From a virus (taxonomy: Duplodnaviria; Caudoviricetes), in the IMG/VR virus record IMGVR_UViG_3300038406_000064, positions 1 through 31,688 of that record: 31,688 nucleotides of DNA, one strand, 5' to 3'. The position numbers and the translations under genes were made by a program. Of the stretch, positions 24,017 through 31,688 are shown piece by piece. Numbering within the stretch: position 1 is the stretch's first letter; each line of letters opens with the position of its first letter. A model generated the notes under the pieces. The model searched no databases. It was not told the origin of the DNA and worked only from the letters and a program-made list of their open reading frames with translations.

Positions 24017-25623
24017 GAAAGCTACCTTCTGTGTCTTCTCTAACTTCTGATCTTGGATTCTCCCGCTCTGAAATCTCAGCTGCAGCTTCTGAACTAGCTC
24101 TAGACTTAAACTCTCTAGAGCTAGACTTACTTCCGCCTGAAGAAATCCCTGATCCCACCGCTGAAATAGCGGCTGCAAGTTCCGAGCTTCACGACGCAGC
24201 TAAGACTTCTCTAGATTTTCTAGCAGGTCTCGCTATGCCGCTAGTTTATCGTTATGCTTTTCCCTCTGTATTTCTTTCAGTTTGGCAGTGGCTCACTGAG
24301 TATGTAACTAAACCTCGTGATTTCTCTCAATTAGCTCTAGGTTTACCCCGCGGCTTTGGTAAAACTATGGTTATTAAACTCTTCATTCTCTACTGTATTC
24401 TTTTCACTAAAAAACAATTCATTCTAGTTCTCTGTGAAACTACCGCTAAAGCTAAAAATATAATTGCCGACGTAGCAGATATGCTAGATGAGCCTAATAT
24501 TAAAGCAGTGTTTGGCGACTGGAGACTTGGAGTTGAAAACGATACTCAGGAACTTAAGAAGTTTGGATTTCGCGGCCGTAATATAATTCTTATGGGAGCA
24601 GGGGTAGAGTCTGGTATTCGAGGTATTACTATTAAAAATGCTCGCCCTGATGTAATGATCTTTGACGATATCCAATCTAGAGCTTGTGCAGAATCCCAAA
24701 TCCAGTCTGACTCTCTAGAGCGAGAGATGTTTGGTACAGCGATGAAAGCTAAGTCTCCTCATGGATGCCTTTATGTTTTCATCGCTAATATGTACCCAAC
24801 TAAATGGTCTATTCTCCGTCGCCTTAAATCCAATCCAAACTGGATCAAGTTTATCGTAGGTGGGATTCTAGCTAATGGAGAGTCTCTCTGGGAAGAGTTA
24901 CAACCAATTGAGCAGCTTAGAAAAGAATTCCAAAACGATCTTAGCTCTGGCCACCCTGAGATTTTTTACGCAGAAGTTCTTAACGACGAGAATGCGGCTT
25001 CTAATAATCTAATTGATCTCTCAGCTCTCCCTGCTCTCCCCTGCTCCGACGGAGATATCCCTGGAGGTAACTTTGTAATTATCGATCCTTCAGGCAATAA
25101 AACAAATTCAGATGATGTAGCTATCGGATACTTTGAAGTCTTCGATGGATACCCAGTACTGAGAAAAGCCTTGAGTGATAAACTATCTCCCGGTGACACT
25201 ATTCGCGAAGCTCTGCGTTACTGTCTTGAAAACAACTGTAGACTTGTAGCTATTGAATCTGTAGCTTACCAAGCCTCTCTTTGTTATTGGTTCCAATTCA
25301 TCTGTGCCCAGATGGGGATTATAGGGATAGAAGCTGTAGAGGTGTATCCGGGCGGATTTAGTAAGAACTCTCGGATCATGAAGATGTTAAAAGGTTATGC
25401 GGCAGGTGAAATCTTTGTACATCCCGACGCTAGACCTCTAGTACACTCTGAAATTACCAGCTTCAACCCTCTCAAAACTGATAACACTGATAATCTTCTA
25501 GATCTTCTTTGCTACGCTCCTAGAGTTCTAGAATTATTTGGTGAGTACATAGTTAATATGACAATAATTCAGCAACAAGAGATGGGAGCCGTACAAGTTC
25601 CCGAACACAACTCCTGCTTCTAA
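24013..25623 (+). CDS. terL: Terminase large subunit
   Basis: Walker A LPRGFGKT, Walker B VMIFDDIQ, and nuclease motifs IIDPSG and DNLLD. The exact start is uncertain. Confidence 0.92.
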   Translation: MRKLPSVSSLTSDLGFSRSEISAAASELALDLNSLELDLLPPEEIPDPTAEIAAASSELHDAAKTSLDFLAGLAMPLVYRYAFPSVFLSVWQWLTEYVTKPRDFSQLALGLPRGFGKTMVIKLFILYCILFTKKQFILVLCETTAKAKNIIADVADMLDEPNIKAVFGDWRLGVENDTQELKKFGFRGRNIILMGAGVESGIRGITIKNARPDVMIFDDIQSRACAESQIQSDSLEREMFGTAMKAKSPHGCLYVFIANMYPTKWSILRRLKSNPNWIKFIVGGILANGESLWEELQPIEQLRKEFQNDLSSGHPEIFYAEVLNDENAASNNLIDLSALPALPCSDGDIPGGNFVIIDPSGNKTNSDDVAIGYFEVFDGYPVLRKALSDKLSPGDTIREALRYCLENNCRLVAIESVAYQASLCYWFQFICAQMGIIGIEAVEVYPGGFSKNSRIMKMLKGYAAGEIFVHPDARPLVHSEITSFNPLKTDNTDNLLDLLCYAPRVLELFGEYIVNMTIIQQQEMGAVQVPEHNSCF

Positions 25624-25645
25624 TCCTTATTTGTGGAGACCTAAA

Positions 25646-25963
25646 ATGGCAATTAACTTAGATGAAATAGTAGCAGGCTCTAGCTCTGTAGATGAGCTAA
25701 TGAAAGCTCTCTCCGCCGAATCTGAATCCTCAACTGTAGCTTCCAAACAGATGTTACAACTAGCTCAGGCAGCTCAAGGCTCTCTTAATCCTCTCAACTG
25801 GTTAAAGAGCAAAGTATCTCCAAGATCAGCAGCCGGAATTCTTAGCACTGATCAAGAGTATAAACAGTACTATATTGATACAGCCTCTCAAGGAGATGAG
25901 CCGCTCTCCAGGGAAGAGTTTCTAAAGCAGAAACAAATGCAACAACAAAAAGGCAGGGGCTAA
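25646..25963 (+). CDS. Hypothetical protein (105 aa) between terL and portal
   Basis: GGAG precedes the ATG at 25646, which is preferred to the TTG at 25631. Confidence 0.75.
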   Translation: MAINLDEIVAGSSSVDELMKALSAESESSTVASKQMLQLAQAAQGSLNPLNWLKSKVSPRSAAGILSTDQEYKQYYIDTASQGDEPLSREEFLKQKQMQQQKGRG

Positions 25964-25965
25964 TC

Positions 25966-27999
25966 ATGGCGGTATCTAACACTCCAACAATCATTCCGCC
26001 TAAAGTACAAGCTGGAATTATTGAACTTCACAATCAGTGCTTCTCTCTTCTAGACTCTCAGTGGAATATACGAGAGCAGATGCGGCTTATTGATCTTGCT
26101 TATATGAGAGAGCAAGATCAAACACCAGAGCATCTAAGAGCTCAACTGGCTAATAAGCTAGGAGACTCTACTCGCTTTCAGAATCTCACAGTTCCTGTAA
26201 TTAAGCCTCTGGTAGAAGCTGCTGTAACTTACCAGACCTCGGTGTTTCTTACTGGCAATCCAATCTTTGGAGTTGTAGCTTCTCCTGAGTTTGAGTCAGA
26301 AGCTCTTCAGATGAATGCAATAATCGAAGAGCAATCTATCCGCGGAGGTTGGGTAGGTCAGCTAATGCAATTTTTCCGAGATGGATTTAAATACAATCTC
26401 TCTGCGCTGGAAGTAACTTGGAAACGGGAAGTTACTGCAGCTCTCGAAACCGATCTAGGATTCTCCAGAACTCAAGCTCGCCCTAAAGAGGTTATCTGGG
26501 AAGGTAATGCAATTAAGCGTCTCGATCTCTACAATACTTTCTGGGATACACGAGTATACCCTACAGAAGTAGCCTCCAAAGGAGAATTTGTAGGGTATAC
26601 TGAGCTCTTCTCTCGTATTGCTCTCAAACAATTCATTGCAACTCTCCCAGATAAAATCATTCAAAATATCATTCCGGCTTTTGAGTCCGGACTTGGCGGG
26701 GCTAGTGTAGGAAATAAGGAAGCATACTATATTCCTGATCTTAATCCTAATGCTCTGATTAATAAGAATCCTCACGCAGGTATGGATTGGCTTTCTTGGG
26801 CAGGACTTTCAGGTAAGGCAGGGAATATTCGTTATAAGAATATGTATGAGGTTACTACTCTTTATGCTCGTATTCTTCCTTCTGATTTTGGACTCCGAGT
26901 TCCCTCAGAAAATACTCCTCAGGTTTGGAAATTTATAATTGTAAACCACTCAGTTTTAATCTATGCAGAGCGCCAAACTAACGCCCATGGAATGCTTCCC
27001 GTTCTGTTTGGCCAACCTGCAGATGATGGTTTAGGTTACCAAACTAAATCTATGGCAGATGATGTAGCTCCGATGCAATCTCTGTCTTCAGCTCTTGCTA
27101 ATTCCTGGCTAGCTTCTCGTCGCAGAGCTATCTCTGATCGAGTTCTCTATGATCCTTCCAGAATTGCTTCTGAGCACATTAATAGTGCTAATCCTTCGGC
27201 AAAAATTCCAGTTAGACCTTCGGCTTATGGAAAGAATATTGCAGAGTCTGTATATGCATTTCCTTTCCGGGATGACCAAGCTCAAACTGCTATGGCAGAG
27301 ATGCAGCAAGTACAACAGTTTGCATTCTCTCTCACTGGCCAGAACCAAGCTAAACAAGGTCAATTTGTAAAAGGCAATAAAACTCTTCATGAGTATTCAG
27401 ATGTTATGAATCACTCAAATGGAAACGATCAGAAAACAGCGCTACTCTACGAAGTGCAAATCTTTACTCCTCTTAAAGAAATTCTCAAAATCAATATTCT
27501 CCAGTACCAAGGAGGTACTTCTCTTTTTACTCGCGAGCGTCAAGAGATAGTACAGATTGATCCCGTAGCTCTAAGAAAGGCAGTTTTAGCTTTTAAAATC
27601 TCTGATGGTCTCACTCCTACTGAGAAACTTATCAGTGGAGATGCTTGGACAACCTCAATGCAAGTTATTGGATCTAGTCCTCAAATCGGGCAAGGATACA
27701 ATATTGCTCCTATGTTCTCCTACCTTATGAAAACCCAAGGGGCTGATCTAACTCCGTTTGAGAAATCTCCTCAACAAGTCTCTTATGAATCAGCGGTAGC
27801 TAGTTGGCAGCAAGTAGTAATGGAAGCTATTAAGCAAGGGGCTGATCCTCAGAAACTTCCGCCCCAGCCGACTCCACAAGCTTACGGCTATGATCCAGCA
27901 ACTCAAGGGTCTAGTGCCGCGGCAGCTGCTGCTCCTGCTCAAGTCTCAACTAAAGTAAACAATATAACAAATAACATCACCAATACTGGAGAGCAATAA
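25966..27999 (+). CDS. Portal protein
   Basis: 677 aa, positioned after terL and before scaffold/capsid, with a Gln/Pro/Ala-rich C-terminal tail as in podoviral portals. Confidence 0.82.
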   Translation: MAVSNTPTIIPPKVQAGIIELHNQCFSLLDSQWNIREQMRLIDLAYMREQDQTPEHLRAQLANKLGDSTRFQNLTVPVIKPLVEAAVTYQTSVFLTGNPIFGVVASPEFESEALQMNAIIEEQSIRGGWVGQLMQFFRDGFKYNLSALEVTWKREVTAALETDLGFSRTQARPKEVIWEGNAIKRLDLYNTFWDTRVYPTEVASKGEFVGYTELFSRIALKQFIATLPDKIIQNIIPAFESGLGGASVGNKEAYYIPDLNPNALINKNPHAGMDWLSWAGLSGKAGNIRYKNMYEVTTLYARILPSDFGLRVPSENTPQVWKFIIVNHSVLIYAERQTNAHGMLPVLFGQPADDGLGYQTKSMADDVAPMQSLSSALANSWLASRRRAISDRVLYDPSRIASEHINSANPSAKIPVRPSAYGKNIAESVYAFPFRDDQAQTAMAEMQQVQQFAFSLTGQNQAKQGQFVKGNKTLHEYSDVMNHSNGNDQKTALLYEVQIFTPLKEILKINILQYQGGTSLFTRERQEIVQIDPVALRKAVLAFKISDGLTPTEKLISGDAWTTSMQVIGSSPQIGQGYNIAPMFSYLMKTQGADLTPFEKSPQQVSYESAVASWQQVVMEAIKQGADPQKLPPQPTPQAYGYDPATQGSSAAAAAAPAQVSTKVNNITNNITNTGEQ

Positions 28000-28292
28000 T
28001 GGCAACTCCTAAACTCAATAGTTTCTCATCCTGGGAACTAACTCCAGAAGAAGAATTAGCTGGAGCTAGACTTACAGAGCTACAAATTAAAAAGATTCAA
28101 AATGAAATAGCAATAGTAGCCCACTCAAAACTTGCTCTTTCGTTTGATCAAAACAATACGCTTAAGTTCGCACAAGAAGAAGCGTATTTCAAAGGGCAGT
28201 TAGAAATCTTAGAGTATCTGCTGCAACAAAACGAGGCTGCATCTCAATACAGTACTACTAATCAAGTATCAATCAATCCTCAAGGAGAGTAA
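27999..28292 (+). CDS. Small helical head-assembly-region protein (97 aa)
   Basis: Coupled to the portal stop (TAATG). Contains EAYFKGQLEILEYLL. Confidence 0.75.
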   Translation: MATPKLNSFSSWELTPEEELAGARLTELQIKKIQNEIAIVAHSKLALSFDQNNTLKFAQEEAYFKGQLEILEYLLQQNEAASQYSTTNQVSINPQGE

Positions 28293-28295
28293 CAA

Positions 28296-29030
28296 ATGTC
28301 TATCATGCAAAATATCTTTGGTGGCCTTATGGGCGGAACTCAACAATCGGCTCCTGCCCCTCAGCAACAAGTACCTCCGGGGAACATTCCTCCTAATGCT
28401 GGCGCTACTGACCTCACAAATACTATGGTGCCTCCTGGCACTGTAGCTGCAACTCAGGAGCAGGCATCCCCGCTCGCTGACTTTGCTGACTTGTGGAAAA
28501 CTGATCCAAATACAGCAGCACCTCAGCCTATGTTTGGTAATGTTGATCCAGCCAAACTTATGGATGCTGCAAGGAAAACAGACTTTGCAAAAGCTATTCC
28601 TAAAGAAACTATGGCTGCAATCGCAGCTGGAGGTCAAGCTGGAGTTGAAGCTTTTGCACAAGCAATGAACACTGTATCACAAACTGTTTACGCTAACTCT
28701 GCAATGGCAACTACTAAGATTGTGGAGCAAGCACTGAAGAAGCAACAAGAAGCATTTGAAGCAAAGTTGCCTGGAATTATCAAGCAACACACCCTATCTG
28801 ATACTCTCCGTTCAGAAAACCCAGTATTTTCCAACCCTGCTGTACAACCCCTAATTTCTGCCCTCGAATCCCAATTGGCAGTTAAACACCCAGGAGCTAC
28901 TGCTGGAGAACTTACCAGTATGGCTAAGCAATATCTTGAAGGGCTTGGAAGTGTATTCTCCCCTAAAGCAGCTCCTACTAAAGAGGAAGCTGCGGCCGCT
29001 GGAGAAACTGACTGGTCTAAATTCTTTTAA
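28296..29030 (+). CDS. Probable capsid scaffolding protein
   Basis: Pro/Gln/Ala-rich disordered N-terminus, helical body and DWSKFF end. Lies upstream of the capsid genes. Confidence 0.7.
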   Translation: MSIMQNIFGGLMGGTQQSAPAPQQQVPPGNIPPNAGATDLTNTMVPPGTVAATQEQASPLADFADLWKTDPNTAAPQPMFGNVDPAKLMDAARKTDFAKAIPKETMAAIAAGGQAGVEAFAQAMNTVSQTVYANSAMATTKIVEQALKKQQEAFEAKLPGIIKQHTLSDTLRSENPVFSNPAVQPLISALESQLAVKHPGATAGELTSMAKQYLEGLGSVFSPKAAPTKEEAAAAGETDWSKFF

Positions 29031-29048
29031 TTTCTGAGGAGACTCAAA

Positions 29049-29447
29049 ATGCTTGTACGTAATATGGTAAATGAGGGTGGATTGCAACGCCAAGGTGGCG
29101 GTGGTGATCTGGCGGTAGAGATGTGTATTCCACAGGTTATTACTGCGGATGCTGTTGATACCATTTTGGCAGCTGAGATTGCAAATGGCGTTATTGTTTA
29201 TACCAGCTTCTCTGCTGGCCGCAATCTCACCACGGACACTGCTGCTAATATTCTAGCGCTGTATCCTCAACTTAATGTAGGAGAGAGTTTGCAAGTAGAT
29301 ATCTCCAGTACCGCAGCTTTCGCTGGTACTTTCGTTGCTGGAGTCGGAGTTACTCTCAAAGGCCGTGCAACAGTTCCTGCCTCCAGTCATGTTCACGTCT
29401 ATATCACTAAGACGAGTGCGACGACTGTGGATTGGCTGGTTCTGTAA
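29049..29447 (+). CDS. Probable capsid decoration/auxiliary protein
   Basis: Beta-rich and Thr/Ala/Val-rich, with the same strong RBS (GGAGACTCAAAATG) as the capsid gene directly downstream. Confidence 0.55.
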   Translation: MLVRNMVNEGGLQRQGGGGDLAVEMCIPQVITADAVDTILAAEIANGVIVYTSFSAGRNLTTDTAANILALYPQLNVGESLQVDISSTAAFAGTFVAGVGVTLKGRATVPASSHVHVYITKTSATTVDWLVL

Positions 29448-29490
29448 TCACTTGCAACTCGCTACTTTCTAATTCTCAAGGAGACTCAAA

Positions 29491-30711
29491 ATGTCTGTAG
29501 GAATGTTTACTACTCTTAATCATACCGCTGATCTGCCTAAGAAGTCATTTGCAGGTATGATTACTCGGCTTATGCCGAATGGCCAAGCTCCGTTGTTTGG
29601 TCTTACTTCTATGCTTTCGTCTGAAACTGCAGTACAGACTGAGCATGGGTTCTTTACCAAAACTATGTTGTTCCCGCAATTCCAAGTTACGGCAGCAGGC
29701 CAAGCTGCGGCGGATACGCTTTTCACCGTTGTAAGTACTGCTCAGTTGCTTCCTGGTCAGATTCACCGCATTGATAGTACTGGTGAAAACATTATCATTA
29801 ACTCCATCGTGTCTCCGACTCAGATGCAAGTTACTCGCGGAGTTGGTACTGTAGCAGCTGCTATCATCGGAGCTAACATCTTTGCTTACCAAGTTGGTAA
29901 TGCATTTGAAGAAGCTTCACTTCGTCCGAACAGTCTTATCATCAACCCGGTCAAGATCACCAACTTGACTCAAATCTTCCGTAATACTTGGGCGATCTCG
30001 GGTACGGTGAAAGCAACTCAGATGATTGCAGGCGATACTAATGTCGCTGAGTCTCGTCAAGACTGTGCTGGTTTCCACGCAGCTGATATCGAGAAAGCTC
30101 TGTTCTTTGGTCAGAAGTCCAGTGGTATTCGTAATGGCCAAGCTTTCCGTACTTGCGATGGCCTGATCAATATTGTCGGTAATCTCTCGTACTATCCTTC
30201 GTACATGAGTGCTGTTAATATTACGACAGCAGGAGCAACCACCAATTATACTCAGCTGGAAGCAATGTTGGATCCAGTTTTCAATCAGACTACCGATCCC
30301 AAGGTTTCCAATGAGCGGCTGCTGTTTGTTGGGGGTACTGCTAAGCGGGTACTTACCGCGATTGGCCGTCTGAATGGTATCTATCAGATGGTTGATGGTC
30401 AGACTTCGTGGGGCTTGCAATTCTCCACAATTAAGACCAGCCGAGGTACCTTCCGAGTCCTTGAACACCCGCTCTTTAACAGCAACCTCTCGTGGCAGAA
30501 GATGGCAGTTGCAGTTGATCTTTCCACGTTCAATGTTGCTTATCTCGGCGATCGCAAGACTCAGAATGAGGAATTTAATCAGTCTGGGCAACCGGCAGAT
30601 AACGGGGTCGATGCAGTTGGTGGAACTCTGACTACGGAACTCACTACCGTAGTTAAGAATCCGCCGGCTAATGCAGTTATCTACGGCCTCACTGCTGGTG
30701 CTGCTGGCTAA
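29491..30711 (+). CDS. Major capsid protein (SU10/DUF5309-like)
   Basis: 406 aa. NLTQIFRNTWAISGT, DIEKALFFG, GLINI and G-TLTTELT motifs, high-expression codon bias, followed by a terminator. Confidence 0.88.
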   Translation: MSVGMFTTLNHTADLPKKSFAGMITRLMPNGQAPLFGLTSMLSSETAVQTEHGFFTKTMLFPQFQVTAAGQAAADTLFTVVSTAQLLPGQIHRIDSTGENIIINSIVSPTQMQVTRGVGTVAAAIIGANIFAYQVGNAFEEASLRPNSLIINPVKITNLTQIFRNTWAISGTVKATQMIAGDTNVAESRQDCAGFHAADIEKALFFGQKSSGIRNGQAFRTCDGLINIVGNLSYYPSYMSAVNITTAGATTNYTQLEAMLDPVFNQTTDPKVSNERLLFVGGTAKRVLTAIGRLNGIYQMVDGQTSWGLQFSTIKTSRGTFRVLEHPLFNSNLSWQKMAVAVDLSTFNVAYLGDRKTQNEEFNQSGQPADNGVDAVGGTLTTELTTVVKNPPANAVIYGLTAGAAG

Positions 30712-30741
30712 TTCGAATCCTTTATTGGTGGTGGTGGTCTT

Positions 30742-30773
30742 CTCCCGGGAGCTAATAACTTCCGGGAGTTTTT
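30742..30773 (+). terminator. Intrinsic terminator after the capsid gene
   Basis: CTCCCGGGAG-CTAATAA-CTTCCGGGAG-TTTTT. Confidence 0.85.
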
Positions 30774-30784
30774 AGGAGATTTTC

Positions 30785-31141
30785 ATGGCAACACTTAAAT
30801 GCCCAACAAATGTAACCTCTATTACTTTCGCAACTTCTGGAGCTCTGGTCCCAGACGGAAGTAATAATGTTACTGGTATTACTCCAGATGAACTTACTGC
30901 AATGACTCGTGCTTTCGGGGGACAAGGCTCAAAGCACGGAGTAGCTAAACTTATCTCTACGGCAGCAAATGGAGATGTAGTAGTTTCACTTCCTGAAGCC
31001 ATTACTGCGATCACGATCGGTGGGGTAGCTTACGATGTGAATGGCGTTATTACTCCTTGGGGTAAAGTACTCTCTGCAGCAGTTCCGGCTCCCGCAGCTT
31101 CTGTTTTCCTGTATCAAAATTTCTCCCTGGTTCAGGGATAG
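30785..31141 (+). CDS. Hypothetical virion-region protein (118 aa)
   Basis: SD AGGAG. Beta-rich, with a possible internal duplication (PTNVTSITFA / PEAITAITIG). Confidence 0.75.
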   Translation: MATLKCPTNVTSITFATSGALVPDGSNNVTGITPDELTAMTRAFGGQGSKHGVAKLISTAANGDVVVSLPEAITAITIGGVAYDVNGVITPWGKVLSAAVPAPAASVFLYQNFSLVQG

Positions 31142-31206
31142 TAACAAACAACCCTAAGTAATATCCAATCACCAAAGTAATTTCAACTAATCTCTGGAGA
31201 GTTAAG

Positions 31207-31646
31207 ATGGCAACCTCAATTCCTGAAACCAAAGAGCAGAAATTCTACGCTTTTTATTCCCGCGTACCTAACAGTACTTTCATTTTCCCTAATGGAGTAT
31301 CCGCTGTATTTACTGGCGGACGTTTTGTTACTCAAGATGAGGCGCAAGCTAATCATCTGTACTGGGAAATTAAACAAGGCAGTCAGCACATTTTTGTGGA
31401 CGAGCAGAAGCTAGTTCTGGTAGAATCTGAGCTTGATCCGATGGCAGAACTTAAAGCTCGCATCATTGCGGAGTATCTGGCTAAAGAAGGTTTGAAAGTA
31501 GCAGACAGCACATCTGAGCAAGGTAAGCTCAATATCACTGATACTGCTAGTATTGGAGCTGCAGCTGCAGACAGTTCTAGTGAGGGGAGTGCTCCTACTA
31601 CTCCGGGAACTCTGGGAGTTAAACTCTCTCTTTCTAAATCATCTTT
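31207..31646 (+). CDS. Hypothetical virion-region protein, 3'-truncated (MATSIPETKEQKFYAFYS...)
   Basis: GGAG SD and ATG at 31207. The frame stays open until the terminal poly-G, so it is absent from the ORF track. Confidence 0.8.
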
Positions 31647-31688
31647 GGGGGGGGGGGGGGGGGGGGGGCGGGGGGGGGCGGGGGGGGG
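31647..31688. other. Terminal poly-G, probable sequencing artefact
   Basis: A near-pure G run begins abruptly inside an ORF at the sequence end, typical of two-colour Illumina no-signal calls. Confidence 0.85.

Noticed and set aside
29917-30591. 224-aa minus-strand ORF
   Set aside because: Antisense shadow of the major capsid gene.
30709-30797. Capsid stop read-through or frameshift into the next gene (a GGT GGT GGT GGT run follows the stop)
   Set aside because: The next gene is in another frame with an in-frame TAG just upstream, a terminator intervenes, and no slippery site is evident.
31647-31688. Terminal G-run as a biological G-quadruplex or telomere
   Set aside because: It interrupts an ORF at the sequence end and matches a known sequencing artefact.
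1-31688. Alternative genetic code, diversity-generating retroelement or Z-genome pathway
   Set aside because: Genes are intact in the standard code and TAG, TAA and TGA all serve as stops. No reverse transcriptase, template/variable repeat pair, purZ or datZ is visible.

Overview
The window is most of a tailed dsDNA bacteriophage genome, probably podovirus-like and lytic. No integrase, repressor, RNA polymerase, tRNA or CRISPR array is visible. Two arms diverge at about 23.0-23.3 kb. The leftward arm (minus strand, 22960 down to 4178) is the early/replication arm: many small unknown genes, a RecD/Dda-like helicase, a Cas4-like PD-(D/E)XK nuclease, a Sak4-like ATPase, a dNMP kinase, a probable SSB, a family A DNA polymerase, a DUF3987-like AAA+ ATPase and a DEDDh exonuclease. 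The rightward arm (plus strand, 23317 to the end) is the virion arm: TerS, TerL, portal, scaffold, a decoration-like protein and the major capsid protein. It probably continues outside the window and re-enters at 1-4114 (large internal-virion protein, RcGTA-type head-spike base), meeting the early arm at a bidirectional terminator. The least explained parts are non-coding. (i) About 630 nt of back-to-back minus-strand RNA structures lie downstream of a separately promoted 225-aa gene. (ii) A two-fold-symmetric element (G-tracts, TGTCACA heptamers, AT-rich core, 24-bp inverted repeat) lies downstream of a 220-aa gene that looks like a distant paralogue of the first. (iii) Three sigma70 promoters each sit in an inverted repeat of different sequence but the same geometry. 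No primase is recognisable even though the whole early arm is in view. All product calls come from motif recognition by eye; no database search was run.
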